DNA of 64,000 bases from Fimicolochytrium jonesii (taxonomy: Eukaryota): the NCBI RefSeq assembly GCF_025526975.1, contig NW_026515672.1, positions 248,001 to 312,000 of the forward strand, read 5' to 3'. The position numbers and the translations under genes were made by a program. Below are positions 46,355 to 59,255 of the stretch, one piece after another. Under the pieces are notes generated by a model that worked only from the letters and a program-made list of their open reading frames with translations, was not told the origin of the DNA and searched no databases. The stretch's first letter is position 1; each line of letters starts with the position of its first letter.

Positions 46355-47770
46355 TTACTTATCCCCCACCGTCACAGCCGCCGCCGCCCCACGATCCCTC
46401 CTCGCAGGCGTCGTCCTCGCCGTCCTCGCCATCCCACTCCCGCTCGCCTCCTTGACCGGAGGCACGACCGCCACCGTCTGCGTCCCCCCTCCCATCCCAC
46501 CTACCCTCCACCCGATCTCCTGCTGCTGCTGATGCGGGACATTCACACCCAGCCCCAACCCCCTCGCCACCCTGCCCCACAACATCCCGCCCACAGATGT
46601 GAGGTAAGGGTAGGTTGCACCGACGCGGTTATGGATCCCATACTGTTCGGCACCCTTGCGGAGTTTGCGGACGAGGAAGAAGATGAGGGCTAATTTGGCG
46701 GCTTGGTGGGTCCATATGCGGTGCTTTGACGCGATTTGGAGGGTTCGTGATGGTGGTGGTGGGGAATACGACGAGTGGGACGACGTCAACGATGATAGTG
46801 AAGAGGTGGAGGAGGAGGAGGTGAGGGATGCAGAGGAGGGCAGGGACGGGAACCAGAAGCGAAGTTGTTGGAGGAGGACTTCTACGCCGGCTTTTAGGGG
46901 CATTTGCACGAGGGTTGTGTTGGAGATCCAGATGCAGAGGAGGAAGATGCCCGAGTCGAGGATGAAGTCTTGGTTGAAGCGGGATTTGTAGAGTTGCTGT
47001 GAGGGGAGAGGGAGGGGGGAGAGTCAATGAGCATGTGCAAGTAATGAATGATTTGGAGAGTTGAGATAGCCGCAACTCACCCCTATTGCGGATGATTGTT
47101 TGCGAAGAACCTCTTGTTGGCGTCCCATCTCATGTCGGTACTCAACGATAGTACTCTCCAACAAACTCCGCGTGCTATCCAACGCACACTTCAACCTCCC
47201 CACCGTCTGCCTCTGCACATCGGCCTCCACCGTCAACAAATCCACCCCATCCTCCAATGACGCCACGGTGCGCTGCAGCTCCAACACCTGTTTCTGTCCC
47301 TGCGCCACAGCCTGTTGCAGTTGCCGATTTCGGGAGAAATTCGCCAGGTTCACAAGATAATTCACAGAGATGAGCTTGGCGTTCATCTTGTTGATCCCTT
47401 TTTGCTGACGGAACGCATCGGACAGTTTGGTGACCAATGTATCGTAGGAGGGCGTGCGGCCGTCGTCTTCGAGGAGGGTGATTTCGCTGTCTTCCTCCAT
47501 AACCGTGCGGAGTTGCAGGACAATATCCTTGGCGTGGTCGAGCAATGCGCGGATTTGCGTGCTGCTGCCCCCGAGCGACGAAGATGTTAGCGCCGCGGAG
47601 GAGTCGGCGGCGACCATGAGACCAGCGGCCCAGTCGGAGGTTTTGCCGAGGTCGGTAGTGATGGAGTCGAGCTTGGCGAGGGCGGCGGCTGAGGAGCGGC
47701 GGGTGGAGTGGAGGTCGGTTGGGCGTTTGGAGAGTGCGCCTGGGGGGCCGGGGGAGAGGGTGGAGTCCAT
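46355..47770 (-). CDS. Uncharacterised coiled-coil protein with C-terminal hydrophobic segments
   Basis: Two long ORFs join in frame across GT-AG intron 46997-47080. Heptad-like region QKQVLELQRTVASLEDGVDLL, followed by hydrophobic FILDSGIFLLCIWIS and AKLALIFFLVRKL. Confidence 0.7.
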
Positions 47771-47929
47771 ATTTCGGATGTTGTTTGGTGTGGGAGCGGG
47801 TAGTAGGTGCAACTTTTGACGTTGCTTTGTCGTTCCTGGGGTTCTGCCTGGGGTTGTCTATTGTATGGTGGGTCTGAAGGTGGTTGGTTGCTGGGTGGGA
47901 TGGTTGCGTGGGAATGTCGGTGCCTTTTG

Positions 47930-47930
<1 letters not shown>

Positions 47931-47956
<26 letters not shown>
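47931..47956. repeat. (CT)13 microsatellite, with a shorter CT tract near 47980-48000, in a divergent promoter
   Basis: Directly visible ctctct... run. Confidence 0.95.
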
Positions 47957-47960
<4 letters not shown>

Positions 47961-48266
47961 GCGAGCTGCCCTGCGAGTTCTCTCTCTCTCTCGCTCTCTC
48001 GCATTCCGTCCCTCCTCCCCCCCCCGTAGATTCTTTGTTCGCTTACCACATTTTCAGAATTCACTTCCCCCGTGACTGTTGTGTTGTCGCTGCCACCTGC
48101 TCTGTGAGCTTTACTTCCCTCTTATATAGAAGCAAGGAAGCTCTGTTTCGTCGCCTCGTGCTCCCGTCTGTGGTAACCTGTAATAGCCTGACGAGCTCGT
48201 GCAGCGAGTTCTGCGACGTTTCGACCCACCAGACAACCAGTTCGCTCCTCAGCTACGGCTCCAGCA

Positions 48267-49821
48267 ATGACGTTCGTTGTTTCTTTCAGTAGCGGGATAC
48301 CCGCTCGAGTCACACGGCTGCCTTTCAACAGATTGATAATGCGCGGCTTGTTCGTTACCGTCGTCCTTGGCGTCTTCTTCTTGTTGCTGCCAATGACGAC
48401 TAGGCAAGAAGCCAGGAGGAGGAAAGGGGAGTTGCCCCCGCTGATCAAGGAAAGGCTGCCTTTTGTGGAAGGGAAAGGAGGAAGTAAGTCCTAAGCGTGC
48501 GACCTTGGCTCTACAGTACTGCACTGGAGCTCTCATGCTGACCTCAAACTATCAAAGGCTGGCGATTACCTCCTTCGTGGCTGGCGGACCTCGCAACAAT
48601 GCCACTGCCCTCGAACATTACACTAAACCCATCCAACATAAGGGAAGCAGTGTCGCTGGCCGTCTTCCTCTCTAGCGGCAAACCAGAGCGCCACATACCT
48701 CACACCGATATCCCACTTATAGTGCATCAGACCTGGAAGACAACAAAGCCGGAAACCTGGCCCAGCAACATGCTCGAATGTGTAGAGGCGTGGTTGTGGG
48801 CCGCGGAGCCGCCAGCAACCAATGCCCATGAGTGGCCCAACCTGAGGGTGAAGGATAGCCCGTGGGATTGGTCCGATGGCGTGGATACGGCGTTCTTTTT
48901 GTGGGATGACGATGGGATGGAGGAGACGGTTACGAGCTTGTGGCCGGAGGGGCTGGAGATGTACAAGACTCTGCCGGCAAACGTGATGAGGGCAGACACT
49001 TTCCGGGTTCTGGTGGTCAGACTTTTTGGAGGAGTAGTAAGTTCGTTCTATGATCTGTAATTGTTTCAATGTGCACACCGCTGATTCTGCAATGACAGTA
49101 TGCCGACACCGATACCAAACCTTTGCGGCGGCCTTCGCGCTGGGTCAGCGAAACGGATATCACTCCTTGGACTGATGACGTGGGTCAGGCACATGCAGGG
49201 TTGGGTGACAACCGAATCAGGTTACTGGTCGGGATCGAGGCGGACACACCGCCGGACTCCGATGCATATTGGCGCATGGGTTACGGGCACCCTGTCGAGC
49301 TTCTACAATGGGCATTAGCAGGCGCAGCGGGCCATCCAAGCTTGATCGAGATGGTAGAGAGCATTCGACTTGCGGCGGGAGAAATGGCGAAGGAGGGCAC
49401 ATTGGCCAAAGCGGATGCGTTGCAGTTGACGGGACCGTTCCGATGGACGGACGTTGTGCAGGGTTACTTGGCGCAGGAACCGGGTTTCGAATGGAACTCG
49501 CTTACTGGGTTGAAGGACGGAGGACGGTCGAAGGTGGTCCGTGATGTCCTGGTGTTGCCAGTTACGGGATTCAGGTATGCGTGTACAAGGTCACTTGTGG
49601 GATAACTGATCACTTTGCTAAAAAAAAGATCCGTTTCTCCTCCCAGTCCTGGCCGGTCTTCTGTTTTCGGCAATATGGGCAGCAAACCAGTGAGCGACCC
49701 TGACGCTCGATTGCTCCATCAAGCGCAAGGAACGTGGAAGCACACGTCTGCCAAAGTAGAAGTCGGCAAGCTCTGCAGAACACTGCTTGGCCTATGCAGA
49801 GACTGGCCCACAGTTGCATGA
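48267..49821 (+). CDS. Glycosyltransferase family 32 (Och1/Hoc1-like alpha-1,6-mannosyltransferase)
   Basis: N-terminal TM anchor, IPLIVHQTWKT, MRADTFRVLVVRLFGGVYADTD (DxD), VGIEAD, QWALAGAAGHP, LTGP..WTD, DVLVLPVTGFSPG and HQAQGTWK. Confidence 0.9.
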
Positions 49822-50064
49822 TCATTCTCTTTCCGGCGCTCTGTTGCAAAGGTGAACAAACCCGTCGAGACCTTCCATTATATATACACCTGGTGTGAAT
49901 CTGCCTCCAATTTTGGATAATATAAACCCTTTCATGACCAAACCTGGAGTGCCTGTCCCCTCCCGTCGTCATTCCTGTGAGCAGATGATCAATTGAGGAT
50001 ATTTTCTCGTCGGCAACCCGCCCACATAGCCTTCCCCACATCCATCTTCCCTTCACCACTTCCA

Positions 50065-50727
50065 TCACCGCTCAAGGTTGATGCTGTTCCCAAATTTCTT
50101 ATACAGAAGCACCTTGAGCTTATTCATATCCTCCGCCAGGCTGTCAATCTTTGTGCTATATCCCTCCAACTCTTCCGTCAACGTCTTTTGCTCGTTCTTT
50201 AAGCGTTCCTGGCATGCAGGTAGCGAGAGCGACACAAATGCGTCGCCAATTCGGTATCTAAGAAGTTGGATTGGTGAGACGTGCGACACGGATTTTGCGA
50301 AGAATAAATATACATACTTGACTGGCTCGTCCTCGTCCGCTAATTCCAGCTCCGAAGACAGATCGTCGAGGTACTCTTTCTCTTTCTGTTCATCCACCGC
50401 AGGTATCGGTTAGTCCAAGAGCTGACAGAATCACCCACTGCAGCTCTGCGCCTGGTGGATCTGGTGGATCACACGGCCCCCCGACCTTTGCTCTCCTACT
50501 CCCCCCGTCCCTCCTCCTCTACAAATACTTCCTCACCTTCTTTTCCTCGTAAAGAGCTTCAAGATCTTGCACGCGCATGTGCAGTCTGCTGAAAGCGTTG
50601 ATGTTCTGCTGATCTTCCCATGTCACTTCCGTGTCAGCCTCTTCTTCTTGTTCGAGCTGGTAACAAGAAGTGTGAGTGAGCTTTCAGAATGAGTAGTGGC
50701 GGTGGCGGGGACGCTTACCATCTTCAT
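50065..50727 (-). CDS. GIM3: Prefoldin subunit 4
   Basis: EVTWEDQQNINAFSRL, ELELADEDEPVKYRIGDAF and LKVLLYKKFGNSINLE. Confidence 0.95.
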
Positions 50728-51229
50728 GTTTGTAGGGAGGGTGCGTGTGGGGGAGGTGTCCGGGCTTTTTGTGCGTGTAGATGCTTCGAAGCTAGGAGCG
50801 AAGTTTCAAAACCTCGAAATGCAGTCGAAATGCAGCCAGAAATGCTGCAAACCTCATCATAGACAGTAGACGTAGAGAAGACCGTGACACCAAAGAGACC
50901 AAAGCGCGTTCGCCGTTTTCCCCTTCGCCTTCGAGCCTCCTTGGCCGAAGCGTCCTTCCATCTTCTCACGTCACCATCTTCGCAGTAACTCTCGAAATTA
51001 CCCCCGGAAAGGACAGACCAGGACACTTTCCAGGCATCTAGCGCATTACGGTGTCTGGCCTGTTCGGTGCTCAGGCCATTGGACTAAAGTCAAAGAAGCG
51101 ACGAAGCTCCTAGAGATCGCAGGTGGGCCGTCCGGCGCGTCACTCTGACCCAGCAAGCTATGCTACTATCGGAACCGTACCGTATCTGAACCTTCGAAAA
51201 CAGGTTCATAAACGGGAAAGAAGCACTCA

Positions 51230-52137
51230 ATGGCGCCGCCACCACCGCGTCCTAGCCGTCCGGGAAAGAAGGAGATTTCTGTTGTTCGAGCTCTATACGA
51301 TTACGCAGCTCAACGCCCAGACGAACTCAGCTTTCAAGAGGGTGATGTCCTTTACGTGTTGAACAAAGACGAGGAGCACTGGTGGAAGTGTCGGTGCAAT
51401 GACAAGGAGGGATTTGTGCCAAAGAACTATGTGAGCGCTATGTTTCATTTGCAGTTGGTTCAACAGGGGACGGATGGACGGACCTGGGGCTGACGTGTTT
51501 TCCTTCAAAATGTATCCAGGTGGGCGAGAACACGGCTGAAATCGACAATCCTCTGCACGAGGCTGCCAAAAGGGGAAATCTGGGGTTTGCCAAGGAGCTG
51601 CTGAGCGCTGGAGTCTCCGTAAATGGTTTGTCTTCCGGGGTCTGACGGCGAGTCCATCATGGCGGGCTCAACACTCATGTCGCTTCATGCTGGCGCGCTG
51701 CCTTTGTCATACTACAGCCCTCGACAAAGCTGGGAACTCGCCTTTGCATTGGGCTAGTAGAGGCGGCCACGCGGATGTTGTGCGTTGCTTGTTGGATTAC
51801 AAGCCGGCCATCAACGCGCAGAACAAATTGGGCGACAGTCCCTTACATCTTGCGTCGTGGGGTGAGTGCAAACGCCATTCATTCTTGGGCTCCACGATAT
51901 GCCTGTGAACAGCGCAGTGCTCAACATCATTCATTGCGAACTCTCTCAGGTGGTCATACAGCGGTGGTGCAGCTATTGATCTCACAGCCTACCATTGACA
52001 CTCGACTGAAAAACAACGACGGCAAAACCTCTGTCGATCTGGCCAAATCTGATGAGACGGCTGCGTTCTTGATGCAGGCGATCGGCGCCGGTTATGCGTC
52101 GGGAATGGTGGAGGATGAGGAGGACGAGGACGATTGA
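51230..52137 (+). CDS. OSTF1: Osteoclast-stimulating factor 1 homolog (Pro-rich, SH3, ankyrin repeats, acidic tail)
   Basis: [14 protein letters not shown]3 ([21 protein letters not shown]), [39 protein letters not shown] and an EDEEDEDD tail, the same architecture as animal OSTF1. Confidence 0.9.
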
Positions 52138-52752
52138 GCTTCCCAGCGTACTTTCTCTGGAAGACAGCTCCGTGCGAGTCAAGTTTTGTAGGGTAGGGCG
52201 TTTTCAATGAGCTCAACATGTAGTTAGCATCTTCAGATAGATCGCCCGGGTCAATGGAAGGTGATAATGGACGCGTTCGCTGCTGGCGAGTTCTCCCAAT
52301 GGATCCGAGGGCTCGAGGAAGCCATCTTGTATCAGAAAGTTGGAACGCTACATATGCAACGGGCCGGCCATTGTCGAGGCTCGAGCGTGCTCACAGCACG
52401 TATGATTATGACAATTGAGGAAGCAACCCTGCTAGATGATCGAGCTACGTATGAAGTCTATATATATATCTATTCGAGGGAGCCTCAGCCTTCATCGTTC
52501 GTCTGCCCACATGAAGAATCTACATTTTACGCCGCTTTTTGGGCATGTGAAGAACTCACGTCCTGGACGCCACACCATTTCAGCTTTCCGTCCACGTATT
52601 CACCCTATGAGATATCTCTTACCTTGGTTCTCATTCTCTTTGCGAGATGTCTTGAGTGTCGATGTCAGGTTACAATCGCATTTGGGATTGGGGCCTGAGT
52701 CTGGCCGTCGAACATAGTCGGACTATGATCCGGTGTGCGGACGAAGCTTTTG

Positions 52753-55700
52753 TCAGTGGGCGATCCTCAACTCCGCTGCTGCGTCTCGCACGCTACTCAC
52801 GGATCCATTCCGGCCATTCCGTGCTCCCGATGCAGATGATCTGTTACTCTCTCCAAAAGATTCGGCGGTGCGTCCACGAGTACTTGCAGATCCTGACCCT
52901 GCGCCTCGCCGTTGGCCACGCGTCTTTCGCTGTGCGGGGCCGTCGACGGTCTTCTTCGCCCGAGGGTTCGCCGCAGGTTTCCGGATGGCGCGTCCACCAC
53001 CCCCACCCCCACCCCCACCCCCACCACCACCGCCTGGCTCAGGGAAGTCGTAGAAGTCATCATCCGCAGCATTATTGACCGGTTGCCGTGGCTGCATTTC
53101 GAAGTAAGGTAAGGATAATGCTCTTGTAAACTGCTAAACCAGCATACGGGTGCATACCTGAGCAAGGTCTGGATCGCTCAAATAACGTCCACAAATCTAA
53201 CAAGCAAAAGTTAGTCCATCCTGCCTGTCAACGCATTCCTAGTTATCTCTGACACCGTTTACGCAAGCAAGCGAACCTGTATGAGCAGCTGTTTCTGCGA
53301 GTTTGTTTTCATATATGCTTCTCGATACATCTCCTTGGTTTCCTCTACAACCTCATCTTTTGTCCGGGTTCCGTCGCAGATCCGTTTCATGTTCGATTCC
53401 ATCTGAGAGATGCCTATCAGATAGGAGCCTTCAAGGAGACAGTCCTAATGACGGATTTCTCACCAGACTCCGCAAGTATGGCTTGTGAAGGGACAGATCG
53501 ACTGACAGCTCCTCATATGTACATATTAGGGCCATGCCCAGAATGGACGGAACGAAATATTGCCCCTCCTTATTTGCATAATCTCGATCTTGTACCGTTT
53601 TGATGTGCTGATGAATAGTAGCGTCCGTGCCTGAGGCACGTGTCAATGCGGTTCGACAGTTCTCATAACAGTCCTCGCCCATACCAATGCCACTTTTCTC
53701 CATCAGCCCGATCAAGTCAGCCTCAGTCAGTAGATCGGGAGCTGTAGTTTTCCCGGCAGTCATCTTCAACTCGGCGGGCATGATTCGCTCTCCTTGGACA
53801 AAGTTTGGAATGGTATGATCTGACCATTTATCGTATGGATAAACCTCGAGATAGTTCCGTTCCAGAATGCTCAGTCCTTTCAAAACAATAAATCAACAAT
53901 CGGGATCAAAACCCAAATGTCCCTTCCGCTCGTACCTTTTGCCGTGAACCGTTCGTTTGCAACATCTACCGTGACTACGGTCTCATGGCCTGTAGCTGCT
54001 TTCGAACAGCAAGCCAGGAATCGCCTCGTAATGAACTCATACAAGCGTTTTTCATCTCCTTGCAGATCCGCCGCCCCTTTTACGGGGTGGATTGGAGGAT
54101 GGGCTTTATCGTCAGATCGCCCCTTTCGCGGCCGAACGAATTTGCCAGCAACAAGCCTGGAGCGACCTGAGTAAGCGTGTGTGAACAACTAGATCCCCTC
54201 TAATGTTGAACGTACCCTCGTGCATAGTTCCCCCACGTGGGATCGTTCGTTTGAGCTTGCACAAGAGGCTCTAGTTCAAAGTTGTCCGCAAATATATCCG
54301 TTTCGGTACGAGGATAACTGAGTATACCACGCTGGTAGAGACCCTCTGCGAGCTGCGAGAATATCAGGGCAAGCTTAGCTTTCGGGTGCAAAAGCTTTGA
54401 GCTTACCGACATAACCCTGTCCGAGTTGATGCGCAGAAACCGTGAAGCCGCTTTCTGCATCTCCACCGTTGTTAACGGTAAAGGAGCCCTGATCATGGTG
54501 CATTAGTTGACTGAAGCTACCCTTACCAATTTGATTCCTTACCATTTTGATTTTGGCTGCGACAAGACGTTTACTACGGTTGCCATCGGATTGTCCATGC
54601 ATAGCTCGTATAGCACCAGTGTGAGGTGCTGATCGAAAAGACGGTCTCTTGTCCACTCGAATTTGGCCACACTCCCTTCCTTGGCGATAGACAGATTGAT
54701 TTTCCAAAAATCCTCCGGGATGAAACGTTGGAACTTCATGTATCGTTCTACAATGAATGCCAATGTAGGCACCTGACATGGGCCTGTATTGATGTTAGTA
54801 CCATCCGAAAACCGACTAGAAGTCGTTTGATGGGTCATACCATAACTGATGACACGTTGCTCTCGCAGAGAAGCAAAGGCCGCTTTCAGCGTGAGCGTCT
54901 GAAATCTGCTGAAGACAGCTCCAACGCGCAGGTCCAGTTCTGATCTCGCATCCACTGCGGCGGACAACCTCATGTTGAGGGGCACCAGGTTGTTCCAAGC
55001 CTGGTAGATCTCCCTATGTTCATGCAGGATGATCAACTGAATGCATGTCACCCACGGATCACCGTCCGGCGGACAAACCTCTCCTGAATGACAGAGAACC
55101 GCGCTCGTTTCACCTGAATCCGGGGGTTCCCTGATTGCGCAATCTCCATCACCTCCGCACCAATGTTTTCGCCCTCCAGATCGCAATCTGTCCATATCAC
55201 AAGCATTTGAGCGTATCGGGCTTCCTTGCGAATGTTATTGGCAACCTCCTTATGCTCCTGTCATACAAATCGATCCGAGTCAATGCAAAATGAATGCATA
55301 ATACCTGCTTGCAAGGCACGCACGGACGAACGTACGTTCTTGACCACCTTTGTTGTCTCGGCATCGAATAAGTGCATTATCGGCGTTGCGGTCCAGTTCT
55401 TGAATTGCACCTCGTCACGAAACTGTGTTTCCTTGATATGCCCCATGACCGCGGTCATAACGACTTGACACCGCTGTCCCCCCATCGTCTGCTCGAAGCA
55501 ATAGTTCTTGATATATTGGTTTCCGGTGTTGCGCTGGGAAAGCACAAGATAGTGAATTCCCTTAGAGAGCACGTGGGAACATTTTCGGCAAAACTACGTT
55601 ACCACATTGCAGCGTTCGTTGGACAGAAGGTTGGAAACACCTTTGGATATTGAGGGCTTTTCCGCAACGCATAGCACCTAACAAGCGAACCTGTCGTGAG

Positions 55701-55782
55701 AAACAACGAGGCTGGCGGGCCAGTCGCCACATAGGGACTTGATCGCGTGTGTCCTTCCCATCACGGCAAGACATACCTTCAT
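52753..55782 (-). CDS. TOP3: DNA topoisomerase III (type IA)
   Basis: MKVLCVAEKPS (TOPRIM), IWTDCDLEGENIG, AVDARSELDLRVG, SYGPCQVPTL, catalytic SYPRTET, DKAHPPIHP and GIGTDATI. Gly/Arg-rich tail. Confidence 0.96.
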
Positions 55783-56167
55783 GCTCTGAGCCCGAAATAC
55801 GACGGTAAACCACTCCTGGCTATGCTGGCCGACCGCGAGGCACCAGCGTGTCTACTATATGTGTACCGTACGGAGGAGCTGGCGCTTTATACTACAACAG
55901 ACTGGCGCAATTTCGCCATTTGGGCAAACTGGTCGAAAACGCGGACATGCGCTGCATGCGTCCAGGCATGCGTCCGACATCTGGCGCGTCCAGTTGTCCG
56001 GCCCTGCTTCCCTCACTTCTGCAGTTTCGTGCGCTCGCCATCGAGGACCACAACGAGCGTTTGACCAACCAGCATTTCGTTAGTCTAGAGCGCAGTGAAG
56101 GACACACGAAGAGGGAGACAGAACACTTCAACACATAGCGCAACGCAAAAGACTTCAACATAAAGTT

Positions 56168-57082
56168 ATGTCTACCGGATACCTATCCAGCAGGAGGGCG
56201 AACGACTCCGACCCCGAGCTGTCCGACGATGATGACGCTCTCTTTGCCGCGCTCGAGCGGGACGACGACGACCTCTCGGCTGATATTCGCGAGCGAAGAG
56301 TGGACGAGTTGAAGCGTGAGTGAGTGCACAAACAGTCGTTCCTGCTAAAAGATGCGTCTCAAGATCATAGTGCTAACTGCTGTGCTTGCACTCTGGGCTT
56401 TCCCACGTATTCAGTATGGCAAGACAGATGGAACTGAAAAATTGCGCATATGGAACATACGATGTCATCGCAACCGAGATGGAGGTGCTGAATATCACGA
56501 CAACAATTAAGAACTGCGTTGTACACTTCGCGCACAAAAACTTCAGACGTTGTCAGCTTATGGATGGTCACCTTGAGGTGTGGGAGGCTGACCGGGCGAA
56601 GGGGGGGTCAGCGCTGGATTGCTGACAGATTGATCAATACTTTGCAGGCATTATCAAGAAAGCACCTCAAGACTCGTTTCATACGGGTGGATGTCGAAAA
56701 CGCCCCATTCCTTGTCGAACGGCTGAAAGTAAAGGTTCTGCCATGCGTCGTGGCTTTCATTGATGGAAAGTCTGTTGACAGGTATGTGCATTTTGATCTT
56801 CCACCTTGCTCGTGAGATTGCGGCTGACGACTTACCCCATCCGCTTTCCAGACTGATAGGATTTGAGGCGGTGGGAGATGCTGATAATGTGCCAACATCG
56901 AACGTTGAGTCGTGGTTGCGGAAAGCTGGTAGGTTTTATTGAGCTTTGTCCTATAATCATCGCCCACTTTGAGTGCATCCTAACATCGGCGCACAGGGGT
57001 TTTGACTGCTGAGCCTGTCCAAAGTAACCCGCAAAGCATTTTTGGATTTCCCAGTGCTCAGGACTCTGATGACGACTATTAG
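56168..57082 (+). CDS. PLP1: Phosducin-like thioredoxin-fold protein (Plp1/TXNDC9)
   Basis: IRERRVDELK, VVHFAHKNFRRCQLMDGHL, TRFIRVDVENAPFLVERLKVKVLPCV..VDRLIGFE and an acidic C-terminus. Confidence 0.9.
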
Positions 57083-57363
57083 TCTTGTAATGTACCGTAA
57101 CAATAACAATACATGTCTCACCAAAGAGTCCGTCTGCGGCCTTACCTTACTAACATGCTGATCCGCCGGCATGCGAGCATACTCTTGAGATTCAGCCTGC
57201 TCTAATACTGTGGGAATCACAGTGTTGGTAACTGTCTGATATGGTAAGAAACGCACGGGAACGTTTGTCACCTCTGCCCTCGCCTCTGCCTCCGTCGTGT
57301 CGTCTACAAGGCTTTCTGAAGGTTTGTTGCTTTTCCCCGTCCGACTTCGGCGCAACATCGCCA

Positions 57364-58862
57364 ATGCCCAGCGCCCAAACTCGAGACGGCCTACTCAATG
57401 GGGGTTCCACCCCTGACTTCCGCGGCAGCGAGTCTGATGTCGGGTCGCACTCACCTATCCCTCCTTCCCCGTTGCCAGAGAACCCCATTTCGTCATCGTC
57501 GGCTTCGCTCTCTCAAATAGTAACGCAAGGAGCATCCGCTCGCACAGTCGAACCACCGGCCCCAGCTAGGACGGACTCGCTCTCTGGGTACGAACGAGTT
57601 GACCACCTGAACAGACTCAGCATTCCCTCTCAGCGACCGGCGTCCCCAATGTCAGTGTCCTCAATGCCAACGCAGCTACCCTCGCACAACTCCCCACACC
57701 TTCCTTTTCGAAGTGCAGCACACCCACCGCACTCGGCCACGCCGTTGGCCCACCACCAACTACACCAATTCCCGTTCCCGGATACCACAACGACAGCAAC
57801 TTCCACGACCCTCACCGCACCTTCCTCGTCTTCCCAAAACGAACACCACGTATATAGGAACCACACCCCAGGCGGTTTTAACTCACTACTTACGGTTTCG
57901 GAAACGGGCTCCTTACGGAGCAGAGTCTCCATTCATCCCGATGACAAAAAGAGGCAGGACGGCCGATCAACTGAGTTGTCGAGTTTGAGTGTGGAGGCGG
58001 GTCAGGGCGGAAGTGGGAGGGACGGCCATCGTGAGCATGATGGGCATGAGCATAATGAGGACCGTCGCCCGGCGGCGAGGGGGAATAGCGTTGATCAGGC
58101 GGCGCGGAGGAAGAGTGGGACGCATTTGCTGCTGTATACAAGAGCGGTGCCGTTACCCAAACGACTGGAGACTGCGACTGAGTACCGTTTCCTCATGCGA
58201 TTGACGCAGATGTTCATGGCCGGGGGTTAGTTTGCGGCTTTCGAGTGTGCATGAGCCGAGTGGCGTTCTGATTCTGCTCCCATTTTGCAGCTGCGTTTGC
58301 TAGTCTTGCCACCGCCTCGTTCAATGTCAACTACACTTCCTCAGTGTTGGCCGTTTCTGGCATAAATCTCATGTGCTTCACTTCCATCTCGTCTCTGGTA
58401 CGCTAGCTCCTGGATGTCTAGTGCGGGCTACGTGTGTCACATTTCTTACCCTATTCCGGTGTTTCCGCACAGTTCGTCTCGTTCGGAAGCATTCTAGTCT
58501 ACTGCTTCCCCGCGTTCATCGGCGTCCCACCACACCGGCATCCTCGCTTCAGCCGAGTCGAAGTCGGCGTCGACATCCTCTATTTCGGATTCTGGGTAGC
58601 CGCCCCAATCGTTCTCTTGAAATACGGCCGTTGCCCCAGACTGACCTTCGGGTTATCCCCCGAATCGATATCCTGTCTGCCATGGAGCATGTGCACCGCC
58701 TTTGGATTCGCCTGTGCGGCACTGTTTCTTGGGACTGTTGTGATGGGCATCAGGGATCTGAAGCGGTATGGGGTGTGGAACGCCGGCCGTGGGAATGGTG
58801 TCATGTGGGCGAGGGGTAGCTGGAAGGAGTGGGCCGAGTCGACGCATAGAGTTACGTCGTAG
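57364..58862 (+). CDS. Four-TM MARVEL/CASP-like membrane protein with a long disordered N-terminus
   Basis: About 280 aa of Ser/Pro/His-rich sequence, then FLMRLTQMFMAGAAFASL, VEVGVDILYFGFWVAA, a Cys pair in the TM3-TM4 loop and CTAFGFACAALFL. Three exons. Confidence 0.6.
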
Positions 58863-59255
58863 CGATATCCGCACGCCTATGTAATATAGTGTTGAATTCA
58901 TTATTTTTTGGTGGACGCTCTATGAGGAGTCGAGCTTTTGAACTTCGAATCCCTTCATGACTTCGTTTTATGAGGTGTATGTATATTGGCGCTGCAAAAA
59001 TCTCTAGACGTTTAACCTAAAATCGCCTACGAACTCCCGATGACTCCGAATTCATGGATGGAAAAGCTCGGGCGGCAGCTCTGTCCTCTAGTGTGCTTTT
59101 TTCACGTTCGCTTCGTCCTCTGCGCAGGCAGCAAACGCGCTCTTCGACGATCTTCTTGAACAGCAAGCCTCGCACGTTGGGCTTACTCCATGGTTCGCTC
59201 TACCACATATTCAAGCAGGATATCCGGCCAGAGTGGGAAGATGCTTACGCTTCTC

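Noticed and set aside
50065..57082. Prefoldin 4 and phosducin-like PLP1 as a CCT co-chaperone cluster
   Set aside because: Only two genes, separated by unrelated genes, which is consistent with chance.
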